From assembly GCA_951406725.2 (NCBI GenBank), contig OX597815.1, forward strand, positions 70,680,001 through 70,744,000: a DNA stretch of 64,000 nt, read 5' to 3'. A program made the position numbers and the translations under genes. Numbering within the stretch: position 1 is the stretch's first letter; each line of letters starts with the position of its first letter. Source of the DNA: Octopus vulgaris (lineage: Eukaryota). Shown here piece by piece: positions 1 to 12,350 of this stretch. Under the pieces are notes generated by a model that was given only the letters and a program-made list of their open reading frames with translations, was not told where the DNA came from and made no database searches.

Positions 1-8
1 CTGGCCAT

Positions 9-686
9 TTGGAGGAGTTGAGATCGGGCATTGCTGACGAGATCGTGCAGATCCTGAACGGGATATTTTTAGAGAGAGGTCCCGTGGAAGAACTACTGAT
101 GGACAACGGGGCGGCGTTTCGTTCGGAAGCATTGAAGGTTATGCTTGATCGGTGGAATGTGCGACGCTTGATCAGAGCAGCGTATAGGCCGAGCGGTAAC
201 GGGATCGTGGAGAGGCACCATCGGACAGTCAAGGCCATAGCGGAAAGAGGGCACATTTCGCCGCTTGAAGCAGTTTTTTGGTACAACTTGTCTCCCCGAT
301 CCGGACAAGCTGAGGAATCTGTGCCGCAGAGAGCTGTGTTCAAATATGAATGGAGGCACCCGAGCAAAGCGCCGGAGGGTCACGAGGAAGAGAAGGGACC
401 CGTTCGCGTGAAAATAGGGGAGGAAGTCTGGGTCAAGCCACCAAAGGCGCGCTGTACGTCTCAATGGAGCAGAGGAACGGTGACGGCGATCAATTCCAGA
501 AGCAACGTATCCGTAGATGGAACACCACGACACGTCTTGGACCTTCGCAGGATTGTTGCTTCGACGGACGATGATTCTGGAGAGGGGGAGAACGAGGAGC
601 CCAGCTTGAGAAGATCTCGACGAGCAAGGCGCTCTCCCGGTTGGATGGTGGACTACAACATGGAGCGGAGAGATTGTGATCTTTAA
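9..686 (+). mobile_element. Ty3/Gypsy integrase, C-terminal part (element continues off the left edge)
   Basis: rve core motifs LLMDNGAAF, AAYRPSGNGIVERHHRTVK; GPY/F-like region VWVKPP...W; terminal LRRSRR..P.W typical of Gypsy pol ends. Confidence 0.9.
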
Positions 687-699
687 GATCAGGGTGGCG

Positions 700-978
700 T
701 GTGGGATGACGTCAGCAGCCGGGTGCGTTGACCGGAAACTGGGGCAACCGGAAGGGGTCAGCCGTCAGGCGTGCACAGGGAGCGGGAATTGCGCCCTTTC
801 CAACGTGGGTCGTGCAGGTGACAAGACGTGTGAGGACGTCGCTAAGGGTTTGGGCTAGCAGCTGCTATCGTTAGTGTTCGGGTCGGGGCTATGAGGAAGG
901 ACTAGTCATCACTGGAGGGTCTCCGTCACTAAGAAGAGAAGGTAGGTGCCTCTATATTCAAATCGCGCACACACTACA
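700..978 (+). mobile_element. Probable 3' LTR of the Gypsy element
   Basis: Follows purine-rich AGGGTGGCG just after the integrase stop; starts TGTGG, ends CTACA; Helitron-like coding sequence resumes immediately after. Confidence 0.6.
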
Positions 979-1560
979 AGTGCCTCATTGTAAATGGCAT
1001 TATTGAATGTGACAATTTCCGTTGAGTTTTGCCTTTGAATCCTTCCTAGGATGTTCTCTGCCATGCTGGTTTTGTTGGTCGCCCAAAGCTTGAGAGGTTC
1101 ACCCAAACCGCATGTCATCATGATAGAAAATAGCTGGTACAGTTGACTTGGTACTCTGCTGACTGTTGCCTCCTCCAGTGTCTGATTCCAGTGAGCATTG
1201 GCCTCCAGTAATCCATGTTTGGCGCAGGTTTCTCTGTAGGTCGTGCAAACTTCCTCATTGTGTCTTCGAAAGTCTGTGAATGATGTAGGACCTCTGGCAG
1301 TGTGCAACAGTAGACGCTGAAAGAAGCACTCCTACTGATTAGAATGCACAGTAGTGTACACTCGTCCGATGGCCTCACTTCTGAAGACAGCATCTTCTTC
1401 CCAGCCAACAACGTGAGCCCCTTGATTGTGTCTGTTCTATCTATTGTATGCTCAGGTATAGTACACGGAAACTTCAACATACAACAGTGTTCAGGCGAAC
1501 ATATCACACTCGCTTAATTTGAAGAAAGCTGTCAAAGTGGTTTCTGATGTGACACACTTG
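979..1560 (-). mobile_element. Helitron Rep/Helicase fragment (frameshifted)
   Basis: RGPTSFTD...TYRETC...GLLE...HW..TLEEA...P.QL..LF and IYNEAL motifs of the RepHel linker region; upstream GRVY/ECFF..LLL in another frame. Confidence 0.85.
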
Positions 1561-2519
1561 CGTATGTCTTTGCCGTTCTTTTCGTGCGCGCACAGGTCGA
1601 GAACTCAGCGCAATGGCATGGCGACCTTGTATTTCAAAGCTATTGAGGGGGAGAAGGAGCGCCATTACGCATACTGAAACTTGTCTTTGTTTTAGAGTAC
1701 ATCTTTAGAAAACATCGACACAACTATCAATATAAATTAAGTGTACCAACATGTAAACAGCGTGAAACAGTTAAGAGGACAGTGCGGATGACCGTTGGGT
1801 GGAAAAGAAAACGAAAGGATTTTAAATGGGTTATTTCCCTTGGCCTTTAAAGAAAAGTAAAGGGCACATCTTAAGAAAACATTAACACAGCTATTAATGT
1901 AATTTAAGGTGCTCGTACATGTAAACAACGTATGATCTTTATGATGACAGAACATTTGTCTAAAAGCAGGAAAGTTCTTCGTGCAGCGACTGACAATCGG
2001 CTGAAGTGGTCATTCATGAATAAATCACTAACGGAAATAAGTGAGTTTGTTGTTGAGGAAAATGCTGTTTACTTGTTTAAGGGTTGTTCTGGGTAAAGTG
2101 CGAAAATAATCGTAACAGTTCAAATGCTAAAAAATGAACATAACTTGATTTATAAAGAAAAATGAATGGGTTATTTCCCTTTAGCCGTTAAAGAAAAATA
2201 CACGGGTTATATCCGCACCCCTTCTAAGGAACGTAGTCGTCCAATTATAGATTTTTATTAAATTGCAATGAGTCTCGTAACAAACTGGATGTTTACATGT
2301 TTGCAAAATTTCACGAAGATTCATTAACGAGTGCAGACGGCAACTTGACACAGACTACCGTTCATATATCTATATTTATATATGCATACATGTATATACA
2401 TTTCCTGGTGTCAGATGCTGTGACACCAACTTTAGTGTGACTGGTTTTTATATCACAATCACTTCCCGGCCATATATAATGTATACATGTAAATACACAC
2501 ACAAACACATATGATGATG

Positions 2520-3562
2520 ATCATCATCATATAATGCTATTTTCCATGCTGGCATGAGTTGGATGGTTTGTCAGGAGTTGCTAAGGCCAGGGACTGCAGC
2601 AAGCTCCATGGGGTTTGGCATAGTTTTTATGGCTTGATGCCCTTAATGCCAACCACTTTACAGTGTACCAGGTGCTTTTCATGTGGCACCAGCACCAGTA
2701 TCTATTCTGCTGTGGTGGACAGGCTTCTTGAGTACAGCAATGCAGCACATATCTTTTGTCGTCACCTCTTTAAGGTTCAGCATTTTGAGACTGGCCTTCA
2801 GTACTTTGTCTCACGTCTTCCTTGGTCTCCCTCATCCATGAGTTCCATCCACTTTAAGTGATCAGAACTTTTGTATGCAACTGTCTACATCCACATGCAT
2901 CATATGACCACACCAGCACAGTCTTCTCTCTTGCACACTACATCTAATTCCTCTTGTGCCTAATTTTTCTCTCAATGCCTTAGCACTCTGTCACACATGT
3001 ACACTAAAATTGCTCATCCAGTGGAACATATTAGATACATTTCTCTCTAACCTGCACATGTCCTTTGCTTTCAGGTCTCATGTCTTACTGCCACGTAGCA
3101 TTGCTGTTCATATACATGAATCATACAAGCTTCCTTTCACCCTAAATTTTCTTCATCCTGTTTGTATTCTAGTGATTTCACTTTCTGTACATCCTGCCCC
3201 ATTGCTAATTAAGCCCCCAAGATAGTAGATACTGTCCATTACTTCTAAAGAGCCACTGTTATTTGAGAAAGTTGATTTCTCAAGTAATTGTTTTTATGGC
3301 TCCAGTGCATCTTCCACATACACTTTCTCTGATAACCTTCCTACATCTTTTTATGTCCTTAACATGCAGAGTATACCATGAAGAATTCCTGCTTCTTTCC
3401 TATATATCAAGCAAGGCCATTTACCTGATGGGAGTAGGATTTTGTTGGTTTTCTTGTTTACTAGAACCTTTGCTTCTGTTAATCTTAAGGCCCTTTGATT
3501 CCAGATTTTGCTTCCACACCTGGATCTTTCCTAGTTCTGTAACAGAATCTGCTGAGAGCAAG
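2520..3562 (-). mobile_element. Decayed RTE-clade LINE 3' fragment
   Basis: (CAT)n tail plus TTCCATGCTGGCATG..TTGGATGG end, the reverse complement of the 9730-9787 RTE end; degenerate RT C-terminal sequence. Confidence 0.7.
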
Positions 3563-4049
3563 GGCGTGCGTATATCTATCTATGCTTATATATATGCACA
3601 TTTAACTGTAATTAGGTACATATAAATATGTAATGTCTATATAAAACTGAGAATGAGTGTCTGTGTGTGTTCATCACTAAAACTCTAGAAGTACCCAACC
3701 AATTTCATTCCAATTTTACCCATACACTACTTAGGGTCCATGGAGTGTCATGGGCCAAAAATATTTTCAACTTCTTGTCGAATGCAAACCCGGAGCAATC
3801 TCTTAAGACTCTATTAATATATATATATATATAGAATATAAGGATAAAAACCACGTTAATGATTTTTATCAGGTAGTCAGCATGCTATAAAACTTTATAG
3901 CAGTTAAAGCTGGCCATCTTTTCTATTGCAGATGTTACACGGACATGTGTAAGAAAATTGTGTTAACAAGCAATGTAGCTGTTATTTCTAGTTTATTTAA
4001 GCAACGCAATTTTAATCGCCTGTGTTTAATCTCAGGTTAGCTTCTAATC

Positions 4050-4255
4050 CAATGGGTTCCAACCATTTTGTGATCGCGTACCACTTCGATGTTTCGTACA
4101 GAAAAACTCAAATGAACTAGCAACAAAGAACACAACTCAGGTTTAATGCGAGGGCTGAATGTTTCTTCCCCACCAGCTGGTCAGTGCAGGGCATAACCTT
4201 GCTCACAGCGCATATTACCCCGAAAGTGTTCCGTACCACAGGTAGGGAACCACTG
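4050..4255. mobile_element. hAT (Charlie/MER5-like) MITE
   Basis: TIRs CAATGGGTTCCAACC / GGGAACCACTG; imperfect 8-bp TSD TTCTAATC / TTCTAACA. Confidence 0.65.
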
Positions 4256-6111
4256 TTCTAACACGACACCACCACTCATGACTGTCCTTAAAGAAACAGT
4301 GGGCTGTGGGCCGATTGGTCACAAGTTTAAGATTTGGCATTCAAATGTAATTTTCTATTTTGAAAAATTGCTTCAGAGAAAGTTACAGAGGCAACTGGGT
4401 CTTATCTGATAATTGATCGTTCGACAGTAGTCAAATCTCATCGGTCACTCACAAATCACCGAGTTTGACATCCATTTTACACGCTCGACTTCACGGTTGT
4501 CTCCCTTCTATAAACAAGCTTCATCTCAAAACCGATTATTTTCGCGGGTGAACAAGAACCGGTAGACTTATTTCGAACTCCTGATGATAAAATCGAAAAG
4601 TACAATCGAGTATCCCTAATGTATGTTTCAATATACTGTATTTAATGACATTAAAACGCATCTTTCCCCATCCACCAAAAATCACCTGGTGTCCTAAATG
4701 CAAAACTTAACACCTATATTACGTGCTTCGAAACAGAAGTCCCACACACCATGGAAAAGAAAAAGCCACAGAAGGACCAGAAGCAAATTTATTAGGTCTG
4801 GTTTAAGAATCCATATTCCCGGATAGGAATAATGAAATAAAATTAAGGAAACAATAAAAACCTTTTCTCTTCCTCATTGAGATAAGGAACTTAAACTGTA
4901 CATAAATTTTCGGTCAGATACTATAAATAACAGCGAAGACAATAATTAAAAAAAAAAAAAGAAAACACTTGGGTTTAATCTGAAAATCTCAGCTTTATAT
5001 ATCTTTATAAAAACTATTCTTTTTTAATCAAGCAAGGGAGCTTGAGAAATTCTCATTAGTCCAGGTGGATTAATGATCAAAATGAATATTTACAGACGAT
5101 GTTTGAAATGTTAATGATTGGGGGCAGTAAACTAGCGATGGAGGTGTGCTTGATAAAAAGGGTTATAGCAAGACAATTCCTTAATTAGATATCTACAAGT
5201 GCTTTGTATTAAATGTTTTAGGTCTTTCTTGTGCATGTTCGTTTAAAATTATTTCTCTTGATATTCCAGTCAACGTAAACAAGTACTGATGGTCTGCCCC
5301 GACATCTGAAGTTCCTTGGCGATGACCCTCATCGTTATTTTGAACATGGATGAATTCCAATGTCCTTTTCGTGTCCGAGCGTTTAAAGCACTACTGCCAA
5401 CGGCCTTAATTGCATTCAAACTTTGTAAATCGCCGTACTCTGCATGTATAGTAATGACTGCTTATCTACTTAATTGTTAGCAAACTCGGAGAAAATAGAA
5501 ATGGTGTTTGATGAATGGCATGACAAAAATTATCTATTTCAGCTAAGTAGATATTTACAAGACTTCTGTAATAATAACATTGTAAAAGCTTTTCGTAAGT
5601 TCGTTCATATTCCCCCCGACACAGTCCTATTCCTTTTGTCAATAATCAGAGATTGTAACGGGTGATTTGGTTTTAATTCGAAACAACGCAAGAACTGAAA
5701 CGACCACAAATCCGTCTGAATTGAACTTGCATCTCTTCTTCGATCTACCAATGTTTATAAATAGAGCTCTCGATATGCATTAAACGAGTGATTGCACTAG
5801 ACATAAATACAGAGGCGATTCACCTTGGTTATTCAATACTACGGCGACAATATTAATTTCCTTTCCATTCCAGATAACAAAAATTCTTTCGGAAACTCGA
5901 TATTTGGTATTTGTTTGAATTATCTCAAAAAAATTGTACAATATAGATTGGTCATCAGTCAAGGTAATAGATGGTTGTTATAATGTAATTTGGATATTTT
6001 CAAGACTAGTCTGTTTGATATTTTCCTAAAATACATACCATATTAAACGATATTCCACATAAATATAAAATCCTAAATACACAAATTTTATTACCTAAAT
6101 GCACACCTCGC

Positions 6112-6199
6112 TTACTTTTTCTTCGTTCCGGCCTTCTTCGTAACGAGCAACTTTACTTCCATCGGATCCTTGGGCGGGTACCTCGATGTTGTCTCTCAT
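6112..6199 (-). pseudogene. Highly reduced histone H1 remnant (locus 4)
   Basis: ATG AGA GAC...CCC GCC resembles MSDATAPA/MTETAAPA; 3' end AAGGCCGGAACGAAGAAAAAGTAAGCGA matches locus 3 end AAGGCCGCAGCAAAGAAAAAGTAAACGA (VTKKAGTKKK* in a shifted frame). Confidence 0.6.
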
Positions 6200-6730
6200 A
6201 GCGGCTCTCTTTGCCTTCGTTAAGCGGTTTTCTTTAGCTGCTACGTTTTGTTCCTTGCAGTCCTTGTACGCGTAGTCGCGAAGGTCCTCACTCAAGGCCA
6301 GCTTCATGGTAGCAACTCCAACACCCATTTCTCTCGCCAAAGCCCGAATTCCCTTGCTAGGATCTTCTTTCACCTTGTCCCGCAGCTGTTGAATGAATTC
6401 GGACGTGCGCACGGTGTCAGAACGCCTGGCGTGTCCTTTCCTGCTGGCCACTGCTTCGTAGTCACCATTACAGCTCTCCATGTCACGTCGTACAGTCTTT
6501 ACAGTGTTCAGCGAGCACTGTGCAGTAGTCATGATGTTGGCATTTTCATACCCAGCGCGAATCATCATCATACAGGTAACTCTTTTCCAATATTCAGATG
6601 GCTTCCAGTCTGCCATGTCAAATAACTTTTTAACTATCACTTCAACGGAGTTGACAATTCATCAAGATGTTCCTGAAAAAGGAGACATGAAGAAGAAAAA
6701 AGTCATTAAAATTAGCCCAAGCACCTTGCA
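6200..6730 (-). mobile_element. Tc1/mariner-superfamily (maT/rosa-like) transposon 5' part encoding only the N-terminal HTH DNA-binding region
   Basis: ORF from ATG 6616: RSDTVRTSEF...KEDPSKGIRALAREMGVGVATMKLALSEDL; TIR-like CAAGGTGCTTGGGCTAA at ~6728; catalytic domain absent. Confidence 0.8.
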
Positions 6731-6849
6731 TATATAAACAAAATGAAGACCTTTCGGTGAGGACCAAGCTTCAGGTTACGAAGTTTAGTAACCATCTACT
6801 GATCAATACAAACTGAGCAGTTCCGAAACAAGCTGAATTGTTAAACACA

Positions 6850-7307
6850 TATTTATACATTGCGTGCGGACGTAGTAGTAATCACATCAACACTGCGACC
6901 ACCTACAAATATGGCCACCGAACTACAACATCTGTGCTTTTTGTCTATATGTTTTTAGTGTAGAGTACTTGGATTTCTTAACAAAACCTAACCAATTTAC
7001 TGACAGCCTAAGCAAAAGAGGCTTTGCTACATTTTATCGTAAGAATTTTGTTTCAGAGACGCTTCTGATTTATAATATTTCCATAAATAGGTTGTGTTGT
7101 CTCCTCCAAAAAATCAGAGTACGTTACAATCAAGACTAGATTTTAAGCCTTTCACTTGGTGTTCACGATTTTTTCTGTCAAAATTTTAAAGAATAGTAAT
7201 ATCTGATATATTTTTTTGTAAATTCATTCTCCTGGACGACAATGCATGTCAGATGTGAAGTGTCTGATTGCCCTAACAAACACAATTTTTACAAGCCGAT
7301 CCGCCAT
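6850..7307 (-). promoter_or_regulatory. H1-type promoter (locus 4)
   Basis: ATGGCGG 7307; TGTGTTT 7284-7278; AAGCACA 6939-6933; GCCAT ending 6911; CTACGTCCG 6875; TATAAATA 6857-6850; 6740-7390 is a diverged reverse complement of 60605-61250. Confidence 0.8.
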
Positions 7308-7389
7308 TTTCTCTTCTAAAAATTTTCAGTCGCTAAAAATATTGTCTTAATAGTTTGCTAAAAACACCGCTTTTGGCCTTAAATAGTAA

Positions 7390-9787
7390 GCTAAGAGACA
7401 GACTTACTTAGCCAGAAGGGAAGCAGATAAGAAAAATTTTGCCAATGTTCTGCGTCGTGAGGATCAGAGACTTGAAGTGCTTCGTATTGCAAGACAGTGT
7501 GTGAGGGAGAATCGTGATGTCACAGGAGAGAAATGTGTCTGCATGGATGATGGCTCACTTGCATTTAATGATGTAGCAAAGAGGGAGACTTGGAGATGCC
7601 TCTATGAAAGGTTGCTAAATGAAGAGAATGAATGGGAGAAAGAGAGTCTGCCAAATGTCGACCCAGCAGAGGGACCAGCTATTTGAATTGACAGTACCTT
7701 GGTAGATAAAGCAATAAAGGGTATGAAGACGGGGAAAGCCCCCGGACCATCAGGAATCACTGCTGAGATGCTTAAAATATCTGGCGGCGTAGGCTATTGT
7801 CCAGTCATCCGTATAGTTAACCAGGTGATACAAGGAGTCATACCCAATGACTGGTGTAGTAGCACCATAGACAACTGCTACATAGGTAAAGGTGACACAT
7901 TAGATAGGAATAATTAAAGAGGTATCAAATTGTTGTATCAGGTGATTAAGGTCACGGAGAGGGTCATAGCCCAACTAATTAGGATGAGAGTTAGTTTAGA
8001 CGAGATGCAGTTTGGGTTGGTGCCAAGGAGAAATACCACTGATGCTATATTTCTGGTAAGGCAGCTGCAGGAGAAATTCCTAGCCAAACATAAACCTTTG
8101 TACTTTGACCTTCGTTGAGAAAGCCTTTGACAGAGTCTCCCGATCCCTTATCTGGTGGTCAATGTGGAAACTAGGGATAGATGAGTGGTTGGTGAGAGCT
8201 GTTCAAGCCATGTATAAGGATGCTGTCAGTAAGGTGAGGGTTGGCAACGAGTATAGTGAAGAATTCCAGGAAGAAGTAGGGGTTCACCAAGGATCAGTCC
8301 TCAGCCCCCTCTTATTCATCATAGTCTTCCAGGCAATAACAGAGGAATTCAAGACAGGCTGCCCCTGGGAGCTCCTCTATGCTGATGGCCTTACTATAAT
8401 AGCTGAGTCACTACCAGAAATAGAGAAGTTTCAGGAGTGGAAGCATGGTCTAGAATCGAAGGATAATGGCGTCAATCTAGCAAAAACTAAGTAGGAAGGC
8501 AGACAAATCACAGACCCTTTCAGGTAGATGGCCCTGTTCGATCTGTGGAAAAGGTGTAGGTAGAAACTCCATAAGATGTATCTGGTGTAAGCTATGGACA
8601 TGTAAGAGGTGCAGCACTATCAAAGGATGGTTAACTGGGAAGATAGTTTTTGTGTGTGGTAGATGCATAGAGGCAATAAACACTAAATATGTACAGAAAC
8701 AGATTTCATCACATGCCAGGGGGTAAAACTAGAAGTAGTTGATAGCTTTTGTTACCTAGGTGATTAAGTCAGTAGCAGATGTAGATACTCTGAGAGCATA
8801 GCTGCTAGAATAAGAATAACCTGAGCAAAGTTCAGGGAGCTCCTACCTCTGCTGGTAACAAAGGGCCTCTCACTTAGAGTGAAAGGTAGACTGTATGATG
8901 CATGTGTGTGAACAGCCATGCTACATGACAGTGAAACATGGGCTGTGACTGTTGAGGACATGTATAGGTTTGAAAGAAATGAAGCTAGTATACTCTACTG
9001 GATGTGTAATGTCAGTGTGCATATACGACAGAGTGTACGTGCCCTGAGAGAAAAGTTGGACATAAGAAGCATCCAATGTGGTGTGCAAGAGAGATGACTG
9101 CGCTGGTATAGGTCATATGTTGCATATGGATGAGGGCAGCTGTGTGAAGAAGTGTTACACCTTAACAGTGGAAGGAAGCTGTGGAAGAGGTAGACTCAAG
9201 AAGACTTGGGATGAGGTGGTGAAGCACAACCTTCGAACGTTGGGCCTCATAGAAACAATGACAGGAGCTGGGGCCGGTGCCCTCTGGCTGGCTCCCATTT
9301 CAATGGCACGTCAAAGGCACCATCCGAATGTGGTCGAAGCCAGGTCCGCCTGATTGGCTACTGTGGCAGTCACACGTGAAAACACCAACCGATCATGACC
9401 GATGTGAGTACTCCGCCGAGTGACTCCTGTGCCGGTGGCACTTAAAAAGCACCATCTGAACGTGTTCGTTGTCAGGTCCTCCTTACTGGCTCCGGTGCCA
9501 GTGATACGTAAAAAGCACCAACCAATTATGACCGATGCCAGTACCCTCATACTGATTCCTGTGCCGTAATCGTTGCCAGGCCTGCCTTACTGGCTCCTGT
9601 GCCGGTGGTACGTAAAAAGCACCCACTACACTCTCGGGGTGGTTGGTGTTAGGAAGGGCATCCAGCTGTAGAAACTCTGCCAGACCAGACTGGAGCCTGG
9701 TGCAGCCGCTGGCTCTCCAGACCTCAGTCAAACCGTCCAACCCATCCACCATGGAAAACAGACGTTAATCGATGATGATGATGATGT
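7390..9787 (+). mobile_element. 5'-truncated RTE-clade LINE (RT pseudogene, 3'UTR and (GAT)n tail)
   Basis: KAPGPSG, QFG..P...TTDAIF, EKAFDRV, GVHQGSVLSPLLF, LLYADG, GRGRLKKTW across several broken frames. Confidence 0.93.
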
Positions 9788-9799
9788 TATATATAGTGT

Positions 9800-11090
9800 A
9801 CTGTTTTTTTCTCACTCAAATATGTATTGATGTTTTTCAATATTTCCCCCCATAAACACATTTTTGCTATAAAAAAAAGTAGACCAACCAGTGAGAGATA
9901 CATATCATTTCATATGCACAGAATTTTTTTAAAAAGGTTACAAATAGTTTGTCAGATTTATATAATACAACATGTTATATAAATCTGCCATATTATTGGC
10001 ATAACTACGGATGTATACCCACACCCGACTTTGTTGCCTCATAACTTCTAGAAAAATGGATACTCTTTTAACGAACCTTTCTACAAATAATCGCTTAGAT
10101 CCTGTAGATTGAGTGTATGTAAAGATTTGTTGGAAAAATTTTTCGGAGGGGTTGAGGAGAAGGGTTTCTGAAAATTCACACTACCTGACATTTTCCCCCT
10201 CGTAACTTTCAGGAAAATGGATACTTTTTAATGAAATTTTATAAAAATACCCTTTAAACGGTGTGGATTACGAAGAAATTCGTAGGCAAAATCTTTTGGA
10301 AGTGGGCGGCGGGGCGGGGTTTCTGGAAAACAGTGTTTCGGATCAGACGGTTTACATAAGTTGGAATTTCTCGGTTTTGGCAGGGATTTTTTGCGACTTT
10401 TTTCCTCAATACAGCCTTCGGAATCATGGGAGGCATCTTTTCACGAAAAAAAGGAAAAAATTTGGAAAACTTTTTATTTTACTCCTGTCACCACCTCATC
10501 ACCCACTCCGGACGAATTTTGGCCATTCTTTTTTCTTTTTTCACTACGCACTTAAAAGGCACGAGAGAAACCTTTTCGGTTAAAGAAAATTAAATCTTTT
10601 CAGAGGAAAAAGTGTTCGATTTAAGGGATATTTGGCTGTTGTTTCTAGCACATCGCAAGACCACCCTCCTTGTTTTGTTTTTTCTCACTCAAATATATAT
10701 TGATGTTTTTGAATATTTCCCCCCATAAACACATCTATGCTATAAAAAAAAAAGAAAAATTTGAAATTTCATGATATTTTTAGACCCACACCCTGCTCCC
10801 GATTATTTCTGTTTATGTAATTCTAAAATATTGGAAAACCTAAGATTATTGCTGGGATTTTATCCAGAGTGATTTTATTAAGATGTATGTAAAGGATGAT
10901 TATTTTGGTAGCATAAATTTCTGTTAGAAAATGTTGTTTTCTTACACATGCACGGCCTCGCTCGGATGGGATGCGAGTAAAAAATTAAATTACCATTTTC
11001 TTCTTTGCAATGAACTACGCGTGTGTTACTTTGGCATCATCATTCCATAAAATGTATTTATGGGGAGAAAAATATTGAAAAACATCAATA
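9800..11090. repeat. Non-autonomous repeat family with internal direct and inverted modules (related copy at ~37130-37670)
   Basis: TTCTCACTCAAATAT..ATTGATGTTTTT..AATATTTCCCCCCATAAACACA at ~9810 and ~10682, inverted at ~11055-11090. Confidence 0.5.
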
Positions 11091-11465
11091 GGCGCAGGAG
11101 TGGCTGTGTGGTAAGTAGCTTGCTAACCAACCACACGGTTGCGGGTTCAGTCCCACTGCGTGGCATCTTGGGCAAGTGTCTTCTGCTATAGCCCCGGGCC
11201 GACCAATACCTTGTGAGTGGATTTGGTAGACGGAAACTGAAAGAAGCCTGTCGTATATATGTATATATATATATGTATGCGTGTGTTTGTGTGTCTGTGT
11301 TTGTCCCCCTAGCATTGCTTGACAACCGATGCTGGTGTGTTTAGGTCCCCGTCACTTAGCGGTTCGGCAAAAAGAGACCGATAGAATAAGTTCTAAAAGG
11401 TGGTGCTCCAGCATGGCCGCAGTCAAATGACTGAAACAAGTAAAAGAGAAAAGAGTAAAAAGAGT
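11091..11465 (+). mobile_element. tRNA-derived SINE, family 1
   Basis: A box TGGCTGTGTGGTAAG and B-like GGTTCAGTCCC; many copies in the window. Confidence 0.8.
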
Positions 11466-11716
11466 AGGTGTAAGAGTGAGAAAGAAACGAGGAGGGAGGT
11501 CTTGGGCTGTACAAAAAACAACAGCTAGATCTCCCTTTAATCACCCATTTTCTTCTGAAATTATTAACAATTCTTTTAAAACCAAAAATGGTACTCTCAC
11601 GCGTTTTAAGAGGTCATGGGCCAACAGGTTGTTAGGATCCGACGATACGCCATAAAGCTAAACCCTTTATGGACGAGAAACTTAAGGTAATCCCCAAAAC
11701 TGTCCTTCCCCGTTTT

Positions 11717-11718
11717 TA

Positions 11719-11817
<99 letters not shown>

Positions 11818-11835
11818 TATAGATAGATATATACG
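11717..11835. repeat. (TA)n(GA)n microsatellite
   Basis: Seen directly. Confidence 0.95.
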
Positions 11836-12350
11836 CACACACACATAACTAGCTAGGTCTTTAGATAGACAGATAAATAAATAAAGTGTGTGTACAAACG
11901 TATATATATCTGCCACGCATCAATTTTTGAAACTTTTCTCTCCGAAACAACAATGATACTTCACCTGAAATCATATCCGTTAAATACTTCGAAATCTAAC
12001 TAGAACAAAAAAGTTGTTTTTTTTTTTTGCGGGGGGGGGGCTACAAATTTTATAGTAATAATATCTCTAAAACAATATATTTTCTAAATAATTCCGTTTA
12101 GTTTTACTCGAATTCCCTATTTAATTCTGTAATTCGACATGAACGAAGTGGTTATAGAAATTCTTATTGAACATCAACATTTATGCTGTTGATAGCTTTG
12201 TAGAGTGTTTATTATTAAGTAAACAAGTTGATAAAGATTTCTAATTAACAAGAAGGTATTCGATAAGTGTTATTCAAGAAAGAAGTCGTAAATGCACAGA
12301 GAATGCGGTTTAGAAATATCATTCTTATTTCTTAAACGCATATCTGAAGT

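Noticed and set aside
5130-5962. Possible ankyrin-like pseudogene (NNQGESPLYL, HAEYGDL) and a faint ~350-bp periodicity
   Set aside because: Multiple stops and motifs too short to support without a profile search
9270-9625. CRISPR-like repeat-spacer appearance
   Set aside because: Eukaryotic LINE 3'UTR; linkers are related to each other and variable in length; no cas genes
11091-11170. tRNA gene calls at SINE heads
   Set aside because: A/B boxes are present but continue into multicopy SINE bodies; no full cloverleaf
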